64,000 nucleotides of DNA from an uncultured SAR86 cluster bacterium (GCA_902601475.1 CACKNK010000006.1:1621-65620), one strand, 5' to 3'. Counted from the stretch's first letter, positions 10,152 through 25,972 are shown. The notes: generated from the letters alone by a model not told the origin. Translations and numbers: made by a program.

Positions 10152-11939
10152 ATGGTAGGTCATTTAAACAAAGATAATATTCAAACATTAGAATTTGATG
10201 CTTTAATTGTTGGGGGCGGTGGTTCTGGAATGCGCACTTCACTTGAGCTTGCTAAATCTGGACTTAAGACAGCTGTAGTATCAAAAGTTTTTCCAACAAG
10301 ATCTCATACAGTTTCTGCTCAGGGTGGAATTACATGTGCGATCCAAAGCGCTGATCCAAATGATGATTGGAGATGGCATATGTTTGATACTGTAAAAGGC
10401 TCAGACTACATCGGTGACCAAGATGCGATTGAATATATGTGTTCGGAAGGACCAAAGGCTGTTTTTGAGTTAGAACATATGGGCTTACCTTTCTCAAGGT
10501 TTGAAAATGGACGTATCTATCAAAGACCATTTGGAGGGCAGTCAAAGGATTTTGGAAATGGGGGACAGGCATCAAGAACCTGTGCTGCAGCAGATAGAAC
10601 AGGCCATGCTCTTCTTCATACTCTTTATCAAAACAATGTTAAGGAAGGCGCAAATTTTTTAAATGAATGGTTTGCTGTTGACTTGGTTAAAAACAAATTC
10701 AGTGAGGTAACGGGCGTAATTGCTTTTTCAATAGAGTCAGGTGAAGTTGCGTATCTTAAGTCTCGTGCAACTGTTCTTGCAACAGGTGGGGCTGGAAGGA
10801 TTTATGCTTCAACTACAAATGCTTTGATTAACACAGGTGATGGATTGGGAATGTCATTAAGAGCAGGTTTTCCAGCTCAAGATATGGAGATGTGGCAATT
10901 CCATCCAACAGGTATTCACGGTGCAGGCTCTCTCGTCACAGAGGGTTGCAGAGGAGAGGGTGGCTATCTAATAAATGCTGACGGAGAAAGATTCATGGAA
11001 AGATATGCTCCTAATGCAAAAGATCTAGCAGGTCGAGATGTTGTTGCTCGATCGATGGTGCTGGAAATACTTGAAGGCAGGGGATGCGGTCCCAATAAGG
11101 ATCATGTTTTGTTAAAACTGGATCATTTGGGTGAGGAGGTTTTAAATGCGAAGCTTCCAGGTATTTGTGAACTCTCAAAAACCTTTGCTGGAGTAGATCC
11201 TGTCTACAAACCCATTCCAGTTGTACCAACCTGTCACTACATGATGGGAGGAACTCCAACGAATATTCATGGTCAAGCATTTACATCTGAAAATGAAATT
11301 GATAATGAGGTTCCTGGTTTATTCTCAGTCGGCGAAGCTGCCTGTGTAAGCGTGCATGGTGCAAATAGACTGGGTGGTAACTCATTACTGGATCTTGTCG
11401 TTTTTGGAAGAGCTGCGGGACTTCATATTAACGAGGATTTAAAATCCGGTGGCGGCGTAGAAGAAGCGAATAGTGATGATATTGAATCAGCTCTTCACAG
11501 GCTTAATAAGCTTAATGAATCTAATTCTGGCTTTGAAGTAGCTGAAGTTAAAAGGGAACTTCAAGAAGTAATGCAGAATTACTTTGGAGTCTTCAGGCGC
11601 GGTGAGTTTATGGAAAAAGGAGTTCAGGCTCTTGAAGAAATAAGAAATAAGTGTGACAACTTACATCTTCATGACAAGAGCGAATCCTTTAATACAAACC
11701 GAGTAGAGGCATTAGAGCTGCAGAATTTACTTGAGGTTGCTGAAGCCACCGCAATCTCCTCCCTCAAGCGAAATGAGAGCCGTGGAGCACATGCCAGAGA
11801 TGATTTTCCTGAAAGAGATGATGAAAATTGGCTCTGTCATTCTCTTTATGATCCTATTAAGAAAGATTTAAAAAAGAGACAAGTTAATTTTGAACCTAAA
11901 ACAATGGAAGCATTCCCTCCGAAGGTTAGGGCCTATTAG
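10152..11939 (+). CDS. sdhA: succinate dehydrogenase flavoprotein subunit
   Basis: GGGGSGMR dinucleotide fold, [10 protein letters not shown] (covalent FAD His), [15 protein letters not shown]. Confidence 0.97.
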   Translation: MVGHLNKDNIQTLEFDALIVGGGGSGMRTSLELAKSGLKTAVVSKVFPTRSHTVSAQGGITCAIQSADPNDDWRWHMFDTVKGSDYIGDQDAIEYMCSEGPKAVFELEHMGLPFSRFENGRIYQRPFGGQSKDFGNGGQASRTCAAADRTGHALLHTLYQNNVKEGANFLNEWFAVDLVKNKFSEVTGVIAFSIESGEVAYLKSRATVLATGGAGRIYASTTNALINTGDGLGMSLRAGFPAQDMEMWQFHPTGIHGAGSLVTEGCRGEGGYLINADGERFMERYAPNAKDLAGRDVVARSMVLEILEGRGCGPNKDHVLLKLDHLGEEVLNAKLPGICELSKTFAGVDPVYKPIPVVPTCHYMMGGTPTNIHGQAFTSENEIDNEVPGLFSVGEAACVSVHGANRLGGNSLLDLVVFGRAAGLHINEDLKSGGGVEEANSDDIESALHRLNKLNESNSGFEVAEVKRELQEVMQNYFGVFRRGEFMEKGVQALEEIRNKCDNLHLHDKSESFNTNRVEALELQNLLEVAEATAISSLKRNESRGAHARDDFPERDDENWLCHSLYDPIKKDLKKRQVNFEPKTMEAFPPKVRAY

Positions 11940-11954
11940 CACAGAGGATTAGAG

Positions 11955-12701
11955 ATGATTGAAGTAAATATTTATAGATACAATCCTGAGACTGATAAAT
12001 TCCCTTACATGCAGAAGTTTAACTTTGAGATGCCTGATCGAGACATCATGGTTCTTGAGTTATTAAACACTCTCAAAGAATCTGATCCCACTATTTCGTA
12101 CAGAAGATCCTGTCGAGAGGGTGTATGTGGCTCAGATGGCATGAGTATTAATGGCAAAAATGGACTAGCTTGTATTACACCAGTTTCAGAGGTTGCTAAA
12201 GGCAATAAGCTTGAGTTAAGACCTTTGCCAGGACTCCCTGTTGTTAGAGATCTGGTGGTTGATATGACAGAGTTTTACGCACAATACGAAAAGATAAAAC
12301 CCTTTTTACAGAATGATACACCTCCACCCAATCAAGAGCGTCTTCAATCTCCAAGTGATCGTGACAAGCTAGATGGTTTATATGAATGTATTTTATGTGC
12401 ATGTTGTTCAACCAGCTGTCCTTCATTTTGGTGGAATCCAGATAAGTTTGTTGGTCCTGCTGCATTGCTTCAAGCTTATCGATTTATAGCTGATACCCGA
12501 GATACTCGAACCGAAGAAAGATTAGAGTCATTATCTGATCCGTTTAGTGTTTATCGATGTCATGGAATTATGAACTGTGTAAGTGTCTGTCCAAAAGGCC
12601 TCAATCCCAACAAAGCTATTGGAGAAATTAAATCAATGCTTCTAACCAATAAACGTCATGAGGCTGAGATTATTGCATCCGATGGAGGTGGGAGAAGTTA
12701 G
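11955..12701 (+). CDS. sdhB: succinate dehydrogenase iron-sulfur subunit
   Basis: Three Cys clusters: CREGVCGSDGM, CILCACCSTSCP, CHGIMNCVSVCP. Confidence 0.97.
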   Translation: MIEVNIYRYNPETDKFPYMQKFNFEMPDRDIMVLELLNTLKESDPTISYRRSCREGVCGSDGMSINGKNGLACITPVSEVAKGNKLELRPLPGLPVVRDLVVDMTEFYAQYEKIKPFLQNDTPPPNQERLQSPSDRDKLDGLYECILCACCSTSCPSFWWNPDKFVGPAALLQAYRFIADTRDTRTEERLESLSDPFSVYRCHGIMNCVSVCPKGLNPNKAIGEIKSMLLTNKRHEAEIIASDGGGRS

Positions 12702-15514
12702 ATGAGCAGCATGGGGGAGTTTTGGTCAAGTTCTCATACTGCAGGAGGAAATGGCTCCTATTTAGAAGGCCTATTTGAATCTTACTTAGATGACCCAGCT
12801 AGCGTTCCAGAAGATTGGAAAAACTATTTTGATAGTCTTCCAAGCAATCCCTCAGGAACAGATACCTCACATGCAAAAGTCATTGAAAGGTTTAGAAACT
12901 ATAAAAGCAAAGTGTCTTCATCTGTAAAACCTATCAATGAAAAACAAATAAGAGTTCTTCAGTTAATACAGTCTTACAGGAATAGAGGCCATATGAAATC
13001 CTCTTTAGATCCTTTGAACCTCCAAGAGTATGCTCAATGTGATGACTTAACTCTTGAATATCATGGCCTTAATCAAGAAGATCTAGGAAGCATTTTTCAA
13101 ACAGACACCCTTAATATTGGAAAAGAAAGCACGTCTTTATCTGAAATAATTCAATCGCTCGAAAGAATTTACTGTAATACGTTAGGCATTGAATACAACT
13201 ACATTACCAGTGAAGTCGAGAGGAAGTGGTTTCAATCCAGATTAGAGCCAGGCGTTGGAAAAATTAAGCTCTCAAATGAAGAAAGAATTTATATTCTTAA
13301 ACGACTTGGAGCTGCTGACGGACTAGCAAAGTTTTTGGCATCAAGGTATCCAGGAATGAAAAGGTTTGGAATTGAGGGAGCAGAATCATTAATACCTCTC
13401 ATTGATAGCCTCGTTCAGAATACTGGAATTTTTGGTGCTCAACAAATATGTTTTGGGATGGCTCATAGAGGTAGACTTAACTTATTGGTCAACGTTTTAG
13501 GAAAATCACCTAAAGATCTATTCATTGAGTTTGAGGAAGGCTATGAGCTAACTGGAGATAATACTGGTGATGTAAAATATCACTTAGGTGTCTCATCCAA
13601 CATACTAACTCCTAATGGTGAGGTCCATGTTTCTCTGAACAATAATCCATCTCACTTAGAAATAGTGAATCCTGTAATACTTGGCTCAGTGAGGGCAAGA
13701 CAAGATCGCTTGGGGGATACTGAAAGAGAAAAAGTAATACCAATATTAATTCATGGAGATGCATCTTTTTCAGGTCAAGGCGTGGTAATGGAATCGCTGC
13801 AAATGTCTCAAACCAGAGCATATGGGGTCGGTGGAGCCATCCACGTAATTGTTAACAATCAGATCGGTTTCACCACTTCCAACAAAGAAGATGCAAGATC
13901 AACGCATTATTCAACTGACGTAGCTAAAATGATTGAGGCTCCAATTCTGCATGTTAATGCTGATGATCCTGAGATGGTTGTATTTGCAGCAAAACTCGCC
14001 TGTGAGTACAGACATACTTTTAAAAAGGATATTGTTATAGACATGGTCTGTTTCAGACGAAGAGGTCATAACGAAACCGATGATCCATCTCAGACTCAAC
14101 CACAAATGTATCAAGCTGTTGCGTCACATCCTGGAATTAAAAAGCTCTATCAAGATCAACTTATTGAGGATAACGTGATAAGTCTTGATGAATGTAAAAA
14201 TTTTGAAAAAAAATATAGAGAAACTATTGAGCAAGGAGAGTCTGTTGCACATAATCTTGCTACAAAGCCTAATGAATCAATGTGGTTTGATTGGAATCCC
14301 TACATGAATCAAGAATGGTGGGATTTTGCTGATACCACATTTAATCCTAAACAATTCGCTAAACTTGGCTCCATAATTTCATCAATTCCCGAAGGCTTTG
14401 AACTTCAAAAACCCGTAACAAAACTTTTTGAAGATAGGCAAAAAATGAATAACGGAGAAGCTAAGATTAACTGGGGTTTTGCTGAAATAATGGCGTATGC
14501 AACTCTACTCCATGAGGGCTATCCAGTAAGACTGACTGGTCAGGATGTTAGGAGGGGAACTTTTTCTCATCGTCATGCTGTTGTTCACAATAAAATAGAT
14601 GGAAATGCTGAGATGCCATTAATGCAAATTGCTGATCAGTCAAAAACAAATTTAGAAATCTACGATTCTTTATTATCTGAGGAAGCTGTTCTGGGGTTTG
14701 AGTATGGATATTCTGCAACGTGGCCATCAGGACTAGTGATTTGGGAAGCTCAATTTGGTGACTTTGCTAATGGAGCTCAAGTAGTTATAGATCAATTCAT
14801 AGTATCTGCTGAGCATAAATGGGAAAGACTATCTGGTTTGGTTATGCTTCTACCTCATGGATATGAGGGTCAAGGTCCTGAGCATAGCTCAGCTAGACTT
14901 GAGAGATTTCTTCAGCTTTGTGCCTTCAAGAATATACAAGTTTGTGTTCCAAGCACTCCGTCACAAATATTTCACCTACTAAGACAACAGGCAAAAAGAA
15001 ACTTGAGGAAACCTCTTATAATTTTTTCCCCCAAAAGCTTACTTCGAAATCCAGACGCTGTTTCTACCCTTGAGGATCTGACGAGTGGTACTTATGAGCT
15101 TGTTATTAATGATGGTGATGATGAGGAGTCGGAAATCAAAAAGGTGGTTATGTGCTCAGGAAAACTTTACTACGATTTAAAGACAAAGCAACGAGAACTT
15201 GAAGACAAAACTACTGCTCTCATAAGGATTGAACAGCTTTATCCATTTCCATACGATGAGCTTGAGGATGCTATAAAGAAATATCCTAATGTATCAGAGT
15301 TTATCTGGGCTCAAGAAGAGCCAGCCAATCAAGGAGCATGGTTTAGTCATCGCCATCGCATACAAAGAGTTCTAGATAGATTGAAGAAAAATTTTGTCAT
15401 TGATCTACGAAGCAGGCCAGCTGCTGCAGCACCTGCAGTAGGCTTAAATAAACTACATGTTAAGCAGCAACAAGAATTAGTAGATCAAGTATTTAGTGTT
15501 TTGGAGAAAATAAA

Positions 15515-15518
<4 letters not shown>
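12702..15518 (+). CDS. sucA: 2-oxoglutarate dehydrogenase E1 component
   Basis: 938 aa. Conserved [40 protein letters not shown]. Confidence 0.97.
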
Positions 15519-19366
<3,848 letters not shown>

Positions 19367-19370
<4 letters not shown>

Positions 19371-20236
19371 GTATTTTAGTAAATGATCAGACAAGGGTAT
19401 TAGTTCAAGGATTTACTGGCTCCCAGGCTACATTACACTCAGAGCAGTCCATTGAATATGGGACCAACATAGTAGGTGGGGTAACCCCTGGCAAAGGAGG
19501 AACGACCCATTTAAACAAGCCAGTATTCAACAGTGTTGCAGATGCAGCCAAAGCCGAGGAACCAAATGCAGCATTAATTTTTGTACCAGCTCCTTTTTGT
19601 AAGGATTCTATTTTAGAAGCAGCCGATTCAGGTATAGAGTTGATCATTTGCATTACTGAAGGTGTGCCAACACTTGATATGTTGATTGTGAAGAAAAAAA
19701 TTGATGAGCTTGGATTGCGATTAATTGGACCTAATTGCCCAGGTATCATTACTCCTGATGAGGCAAAGCTTGGAATTATGCCGGGTAGCATCCATAAAAA
19801 GGGTAAAGTTGGTATCATTTCAAGGTCTGGAACTTTAACCTACGAGGCTGTAAAACAAACAACAGACCTTGGTTTTGGACAAAGTTCATGTGTAGGGATC
19901 GGCGGTGACCCCATTCCAGGATCTTCCTTTATTGATATGTTGGAATTATTCAATGGGGACGATGAAACAGAAGCAATAGTCATGGTGGGTGAAATCGGAG
20001 GATCGGCTGAAGAGGATGCAGCAGATTATATTAAAGACAATGTTAGCAAACCGGTTATTTCATACATTGCTGGTCAGACAGCTCCTGCTGGAAAAAGGAT
20101 GGGGCATGCTGGCGCCATAATTGCAGGCGGCAAAGGAACAGCTGCAGATAAGATTTCTAAACTTCAAGAAAGTGGCATCCATATTGCTGAAAGTTTGCTG
20201 CACATAGGCGAGACTGTTAAAAAGGTAATCGGTTAA
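19367..20236 (+). CDS. sucD: succinate--CoA ligase alpha subunit
   Basis: [16 protein letters not shown], phospho-His loop GHAGAI. Confidence 0.97.
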
Positions 20237-21561
20237 GAAATTTTTCTTAGTCGATTAATCAATAAGACTGCTGCAATAGTTAAACCAACTATCATTCCTA
20301 TCCATACGCCTCCAGCTCCCATAGGCTCATTAATACCGTAATAAGTCAGATAGTACCCAATGGGTAAACCAAATATCCAATAAGCAACACCTAGAAATAT
20401 CATTGGGATAAAAGTATCTTTATATCCTCTCAAGCTTCCAAGTGCGCCCATCTGGATCCCATCAGGCAATTGAAATATGGCAGCAAATATTAATAGGTTA
20501 ACTGCTGCAGCAAATACTGCCTTTTCAGTAGTGAAAAGGTTTACCAAGACATCTGTAAATAACAAGATTAATGAAACATTTATTAAGGCACCAATCAAAC
20601 AAAGTCCTACAGAAAAGAATGAAGCAATTTTTGCTCCATTAAAATTACTAGCTCCAAGAAGGTTTCCAACCCTTGTCGCAGATGCTAATCCAATAGAAAG
20701 AGGCATCATAAAGAAAAAGCTTGCAATAGAGAGAGCTACAGCATGACTTGCAACCACAACATCACCTAAGGGACCAAGAATAATTGCAGCTCCAGAGAAC
20801 ATACTGAGTTCAACAAAAATTCCTATACCAATAGGAATACCAAGTGCCATCAGTTCTTTAAGTGTGGAAAGTTTAGGAAACTTCATTTCATTAAAAATTT
20901 TAATTTCTTTGAATGGATTACCTTTTTGAATCACGATGGTCATGCAAATCAACATCACAATGGAAACAAATGAAGTTGCTAACCCACATCCAACACCACC
21001 CAGTTTCGGCAAACCAAAATAGCCATTGACCAAAATAATATCTAATGGAATATTAACTAACATCCCAATGAAAGCCACCCAAAAAACCGGTCTCGTTTGT
21101 GTTATTCCCTCACTAAAACACCTAAGAGCAGTAAATAATACAATGGCTGTTGCCCCAATCGACAATGCACTTAAATATCCAAAAGTTACCTCAAGGATCT
21201 CCTTATCAATTGATGAGAATCTTAGTAATGACCCAGCCAGTGGGTAAGCAAGCGTAAGAATTAAGCCAACTCCCAATGCTATCCAAATCACCTCTTTCAT
21301 TTTTAACGAAATATCTTTTATTCGTTTGGCACCAAATAAATGCGCAACGATCGGCGTAATTGCAAACATTAATCCGCTAAGCGAAAAAAAAAGTGGATTT
21401 GCTACAGAAGATCCAATGGCTACACCAGATAACTCTACCGCACCTGCTCGCCCAGCGACAATGGTATCTGTGAGACCCATTGCAGCATAGGAAGCTTGGC
21501 TCCCATAAATTGGAATACCCAGTTTAAGAAATTGTTTTAATTCTTTTAGGTAATCTTTCAA
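20233..21561 (-). CDS. MATE family efflux transporter (NorM-like)
   Basis: 442 aa, about 12 TM segments, N-terminal [26 protein letters not shown] typical of MATE. Its stop shares a TTAA with the sucD stop. Confidence 0.85.
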   Translation of the reverse strand: MKDYLKELKQFLKLGIPIYGSQASYAAMGLTDTIVAGRAGAVELSGVAIGSSVANPLFFSLSGLMFAITPIVAHLFGAKRIKDISLKMKEVIWIALGVGLILTLAYPLAGSLLRFSSIDKEILEVTFGYLSALSIGATAIVLFTALRCFSEGITQTRPVFWVAFIGMLVNIPLDIILVNGYFGLPKLGGVGCGLATSFVSIVMLICMTIVIQKGNPFKEIKIFNEMKFPKLSTLKELMALGIPIGIGIFVELSMFSGAAIILGPLGDVVVASHAVALSIASFFFMMPLSIGLASATRVGNLLGASNFNGAKIASFFSVGLCLIGALINVSLILLFTDVLVNLFTTEKAVFAAAVNLLIFAAIFQLPDGIQMGALGSLRGYKDTFIPMIFLGVAYWIFGLPIGYYLTYYGINEPMGAGGVWIGMIVGLTIAAVLLINRLRKIS

Positions 21562-21887
21562 ATCAGTTTGCTCATAAAAATATGAATTGTATGATACTCA
21601 TATGTTGGTAATGGGAGAAGTATATTAGACAAGATAATCGACCATATTGGATAAAAAAACTCGATAAAAGAATTAACAGATTTTATGTAAATCATTTCTT
21701 ATCTCCACAGTTTAAGAGTTTCGGTAAGGGCTCCGCAGTATTTAAGCCTAGATTTGTAAAAGTTTTTGGTGCAAATATTTCAATTGGAAATTTTCCAACC
21801 ATTATTGGCGAGCAGGATGCATTAATTCAGCTTACCTCTTGGGATGTAGGTGAATGGGAGGGCGAAATAGATATTGGAGACTATGCA

Positions 21888-22343
21888 TTGATATCACCAG
21901 GCGTAAGAATACTTGCTGCTAAAAGAGTTTCTATTGGAGATGCTTGTATGTTTGGACATGGGGCATACATCACTGATTCGGACTGGCATGGAATTTATGA
22001 TCGTACCGAAGTCGTTGGCTCACCTAAAGAAGTTGTTCTCGAAAAAAATGTTTGGATCGGAGACAGCGCGATAGTTTGTAAAGGAGTAACTATTGGTGAA
22101 AACAGTATTATTGGTGCAGGTTCGGTTGTAACAAAAGATGTACCAAAGAACTCAGTTTATGCAGGCAACCCAGCTAAGTTAGTAAAAGAATTAGATGAAG
22201 GTGAATTCGTCAGTAGAGAATCTTTCTTTTCAGATCCAAAAAAACTTGCAGATGACTTTGACATGCTTGATAGATATACGTTGGCAAAAAATTCTACATT
22301 TAGCTGGATCAAAAGCTTAATATTCAGAGATAAATCACATTAA
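21888..22343 (+). CDS. hexapeptide-repeat (LbH) acyl/acetyltransferase; the annotated TTG start is probably not the real N-terminus (see finding)
   Basis: Hexapeptide repeats (VWIGDSAIVCKGVTIGENSIIGAGSVV) and GNPAK. The frame stays open 92 codons upstream to 21612 with no ATG, GTG or TTG. Confidence 0.75.
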   Translation: MISPGVRILAAKRVSIGDACMFGHGAYITDSDWHGIYDRTEVVGSPKEVVLEKNVWIGDSAIVCKGVTIGENSIIGAGSVVTKDVPKNSVYAGNPAKLVKELDEGEFVSRESFFSDPKKLADDFDMLDRYTLAKNSTFSWIKSLIFRDKSH

Positions 22344-23464
22344 TGCATGTCCTCATAGATAACGAATTTTTTAAATATTCAAATTTAATCGAAGAAATTC
22401 TCCCCAAAAAATCTTTTGAAAAATCTTTTTTTGTTGGTACTGAGCTTACAAAAAGTGAAATAAAATCAGCTGACGCAATTCTTTGCAGATCAGTAACAAA
22501 ACTTAATCAAGAATTTCTTAAAGATTCTCAGATATCTGTAATTGCTTCTGCAACCTCTGGAACAGATCATATTTCTGATGATCTAATAAACTCAAAAAAT
22601 TACCAAACATTTTTTTCAACTGGTGCAAATGCATGGTCAGTTGTTCATTATGTTATGGCCGTCATTGAAACTTTGATTGCTAAGGAATTATTTAGTAGTC
22701 AAAAGTCTGTTGGGATTATAGGTCATGGGAATATAGGTAAAAGGCTTTGTAAAACTTTGAGTGCCTTTAATATTCCTTGGTATGCCAATGACCCATTTTT
22801 AGAAGATAAGAATTTAGTTGATCTTGAGACAATCTTCAATTGTGATTTGATTTCAATTCACACGCCTTTTACCAGAGAAGGAGAGCATCCAACTTATCAA
22901 CTAATAAATAAAAATAATATTAAATCTCTTACAAATAAAATTATTATTAATACATCTAGAGGCGGGGTTGTTGATGAGAATACTCTTCTACAAGGCGAAT
23001 CTATTCTTTACATTTCTGATGTTTGGGAAAATGAGCCAAAGGTCAATGAATTAACGCTTAAGCATGCATATATCTCAACCCCACACATTGCTGGTCATAG
23101 CCTTGATGGCAAGAAAGGCTCATTAATTGAAGCTTGTAAGTTTATTAGGACAGCAAAATTATTGGATAAGATTGAGTACTCTTATTCTCCTCTAGAGGTT
23201 TCAAAAATAATTACATTTGATACATTCCTAAATAATTTCCATGATCATGATTTTCCATTGGGTATGTTTACGAGTGAATTTCCTATTAATAAAATATCTG
23301 ATGAATTCAAACAGGCATGTGGAAAAAACTTTTTACAGTTAAGATCGAGTCATCCGCAAAGAAGGGATTTTATAAATTTTAACTTCAATGACTTCTTAAA
23401 TAGAGATGAAAGCTTAGACGAATTTATAAATAATTTAGTTAGATTAAGAGGAAGAAAGGGTTAA
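22343..23464 (+). CDS. pdxB: erythronate-4-phosphate dehydrogenase
   Basis: Collinear with E. coli PdxB: RSVTKLN, TSGTDHI, GIIGHGNIGKRL, SIHTPFT, NTSRGGVVD, DVWENEP, TPHIAGHSLDGK. Confidence 0.9.
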   Translation: MHVLIDNEFFKYSNLIEEILPKKSFEKSFFVGTELTKSEIKSADAILCRSVTKLNQEFLKDSQISVIASATSGTDHISDDLINSKNYQTFFSTGANAWSVVHYVMAVIETLIAKELFSSQKSVGIIGHGNIGKRLCKTLSAFNIPWYANDPFLEDKNLVDLETIFNCDLISIHTPFTREGEHPTYQLINKNNIKSLTNKIIINTSRGGVVDENTLLQGESILYISDVWENEPKVNELTLKHAYISTPHIAGHSLDGKKGSLIEACKFIRTAKLLDKIEYSYSPLEVSKIITFDTFLNNFHDHDFPLGMFTSEFPINKISDEFKQACGKNFLQLRSSHPQRRDFINFNFNDFLNRDESLDEFINNLVRLRGRKG

Positions 23465-23474
23465 AGACAAAGCA

Positions 23475-23530
23475 GTAAAATATCGATAACCCTTTCTGGG
23501 GTTTTATAAATTTATCGTAACATATTTTAC
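23475..23530. terminator. nested inverted repeat between convergent pdxB and selO (probable bidirectional terminator)
   Basis: Outer arms GTAAAATATCGATAA / TTATCG(TAAC)ATATTTTAC. Inner AACCC-TTTCT-GGGGTT followed by TTTTAT. Confidence 0.5.
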
Positions 23531-23545
23531 TCAAAGGTAAAATAA

Positions 23546-24949
23546 TTAGGATGAGCAGCTAGTACGAATGTTGGCCTCATTTTCATCAGGAACTTCATCA
23601 AAGACTTGTGTTTTTGAATTTTCTTCGAAAGGGTTCTTAAATGCATTACAGAAACTATAAAGCGCTTCATAGTTTCCCTTCTCTACGGCACCAATAACTT
23701 TCTGAATTTGAAAGTTTTTTGGAGTTATATGAGGATTATTTGATTTCATCATTTCTAATCTATCTCTTAAATTTGATTTTTCGAATTCATGCCTCTTAAG
23801 AAATCTTTTTTTCCATTTTTCCAGGCTTCCTGAGCCTTTAATTAAATCCTCTTCTTGAAGAATTTTTACAAGAGATCGAAAGCTTTGTGTGTAATCAAGG
23901 TTTTCATTTTTAATGAGGCTTAAATAATCTTGAATCAACTCGTCATCTCCAGGTTGATGCTCAGTCAAACCTAACTTATCTAGATAAATTTTTCTCAGGT
24001 TTGATGAGAATTCTTGCTCATAAGTTTTGAGTATTTCCTCAATTTTAGCTTCAGGGATTAAGGTTTTAAGTGCTTCTCCTAGTGCAGAGCAGTTCCATAA
24101 GCCAATATAAGGTTGATTAGAATATCTATACCTCCCTTCATAATCAGATGTGTTGCAAATAAATTCTGGATTTAACGATTCCATGAATGCATAGGGACCG
24201 TAATCAAAAGTTTCACCAAGGATGCTAAAGTTATCTGTGTTCATCACCCCATGACAAAAGCCAACCCCTTGCCATTTTGAGATCATTTGAGCTGTTTTTT
24301 GAACAATCATTTGGAAAAAATTAACGTAAGGCTCCTCGGCACTTTCATTAAATAAGGAATAGTTTTCAATAGCGTAATCTGCAAGCTTTTTTACTTGCTT
24401 ACTTTTATTTCTGTAATGAAAGAATTCAAAATGTCCAAACCTAATATGTGATTGGCTAGATCGAAGTAACACAGCGCTTGGCTCATAAGAATCTCTTAAA
24501 ACTTTTTCTTCGCTTATAAATAATGCCACTGCTCTGGTTGAAGGAATATTTAGATTATTCATAACTTCGGATGCAATGTATTCTCTTATGGATGAGCGGA
24601 GAACAGCTCTTCCATCACCAAATCTGGAATAAGGAGTTTTTCCAGCACCTTTGAGGTGTAGGTCATAATCATGGTTGGTTTGCCCTAAGAATATTCCTCT
24701 ACCATCTCCTAGTTGATTAACAAACTGACCAAATTGATGTCCAGCATAAACCATTGCAAAAGTATCAAAGTCATTAGTATTAGGATTAAGGCAATAAGAA
24801 TGTATTTTTTTTAAGTCTTCATCAGTGAGACCTATTTGCTCCCTTAATTCACGATTATCAATAATTAACGCAAGATCAGCTGGAGGATTAGCAGGTAGAG
24901 CAGAATAAAATTCTGCACCTATATCCAGAAAGGAATGATGTTTAATCAC
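23546..24949 (-). CDS. selO: protein adenylyltransferase SelO (YdiU family pseudokinase-fold AMPylase)
   Basis: YAGHQFGQF, LGDGRG, LKGAGKTPYSR.GDGRAVLRSSIREY, HGVMNTDN, DYGPYAFM. C-terminus ...RTSCSS. Confidence 0.92.
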   Translation of the reverse strand: MIKHHSFLDIGAEFYSALPANPPADLALIIDNRELREQIGLTDEDLKKIHSYCLNPNTNDFDTFAMVYAGHQFGQFVNQLGDGRGIFLGQTNHDYDLHLKGAGKTPYSRFGDGRAVLRSSIREYIASEVMNNLNIPSTRAVALFISEEKVLRDSYEPSAVLLRSSQSHIRFGHFEFFHYRNKSKQVKKLADYAIENYSLFNESAEEPYVNFFQMIVQKTAQMISKWQGVGFCHGVMNTDNFSILGETFDYGPYAFMESLNPEFICNTSDYEGRYRYSNQPYIGLWNCSALGEALKTLIPEAKIEEILKTYEQEFSSNLRKIYLDKLGLTEHQPGDDELIQDYLSLIKNENLDYTQSFRSLVKILQEEDLIKGSGSLEKWKKRFLKRHEFEKSNLRDRLEMMKSNNPHITPKNFQIQKVIGAVEKGNYEALYSFCNAFKNPFEENSKTQVFDEVPDENEANIRTSCSS

Positions 24950-24950
24950 T

Positions 24951-25970
24951 TTATGCTTTTACGATTTTAATTAGGTCATGCATGCGTTCATCTTGTGAGT
25001 GATCAGTTCCAAGGTGCTCAATTTCATTCCACATAGCCGCAGAACAGATTGGGGAAAGCTCATCTCTTAGATTGTTAGCTACTTCTTTGCCTGAACCGCA
25101 AAAACCTAAGGTTTCAACCATTTCATCATTGACGAGATCAAACATTTTTTGCCATTCTCCAGCTATAGATAATTCATGCAGCTGAGTATTAACATCTCCC
25201 CAACCATGAAAATCTAATGCTGGTTTATAAGTTCTTGTTGATGCATAAAAGCTTATTCTTGCAGCAATATCTCTTTTTGCTTTAGCTAATTCCTCTTCTG
25301 TTTCTCCAGTAGCAATAAATCCACCCCAAAGTAATTCACATTCTTTAGGATCACGATTTGCTTTAGCAGCTCCTTCTTTAACAGCAGGCAGGATAATTTC
25401 TTTGATGTATGGAAGGGAGCACATCGGATGAAGAAGCAATCCATCAGCAACCTCTCCAGCAATTCTTGCCATGCCGGGACCCAAACCGGAAACATAAATC
25501 GGAGGTAGATCGGCATCCATTGGGGGAGGGGTAAACATAGGTGTCATTAGAGTATGTGTATAGTGATCACCCTTAAAATCGAGTTTCTCTCCATTTTTCC
25601 AACAATTCCAAATAGCTTTGACTGCTTGAACGTATTCCCTCATTCTTGGTGCAGGCGGTGACCATGGAACACTGAATCGTCTTTCGTTGTGACCCTTAAC
25701 TTGTGTACCTAACCCTAGTTGAAACCTCCCATTAGAAAATGACTGTAGATCCCATCCCATGTTAGCAACAGTCATAGGACTTCTTGGAAAGGCTATGGCT
25801 AAACCAGTACGAACGATAAGGTTTGTGTGTTCTAAGCCAACCAATACGGGTAAAAAAGGTTCATTATTTAACTCACCTGATACCAAAGCATCGTAGCCAA
25901 GAGATTCAGCATGCTTAACTATATCCACCGTATTTTTCGATAGTCCTGGTATGTAAGTCTCAATTCTCAT
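24951..25970 (-). CDS. luciferase-like (LLM class) flavin/F420-dependent oxidoreductase
   Basis: 339 aa TIM-barrel LLM pattern (GYDALVSGE..., RFQLGLGTQVKGHNERRF, GEVADGLLLHP). Cofactor not determinable by eye. Confidence 0.7.
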   Translation of the reverse strand: MRIETYIPGLSKNTVDIVKHAESLGYDALVSGELNNEPFLPVLVGLEHTNLIVRTGLAIAFPRSPMTVANMGWDLQSFSNGRFQLGLGTQVKGHNERRFSVPWSPPAPRMREYVQAVKAIWNCWKNGEKLDFKGDHYTHTLMTPMFTPPPMDADLPPIYVSGLGPGMARIAGEVADGLLLHPMCSLPYIKEIILPAVKEGAAKANRDPKECELLWGGFIATGETEEELAKAKRDIAARISFYASTRTYKPALDFHGWGDVNTQLHELSIAGEWQKMFDLVNDEMVETLGFCGSGKEVANNLRDELSPICSAAMWNEIEHLGTDHSQDERMHDLIKIVKA

Positions 25971-25972
25971 AT

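Noticed and set aside
19405-19818. A 137-aa antisense ORF inside sucD, and many similar 60-110-aa antisense or off-frame ORFs inside ispG, sdhA, sucA, lpdA, groEL, ileS and lysS.
   Set aside because: Each lies wholly within a strongly conserved gene on the other strand or frame. They have low-complexity or odd composition and no RBS, so they are chance ORFs.
20234-20249. A TAAGAAA-TT-TTTCTTA hairpin at the sucD/MATE junction as a terminator.
   Set aside because: The 7-bp stem is almost all A-T and lies inside the MATE coding sequence. It is too weak to call.
21562-21887. The largest apparently non-coding gap as a possible home for a tRNA, sRNA or mobile-element remnant.
   Set aside because: Most of it (21612-21887) is in-frame coding sequence of the downstream acyltransferase. 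Only about 50 nt of true spacer remain.
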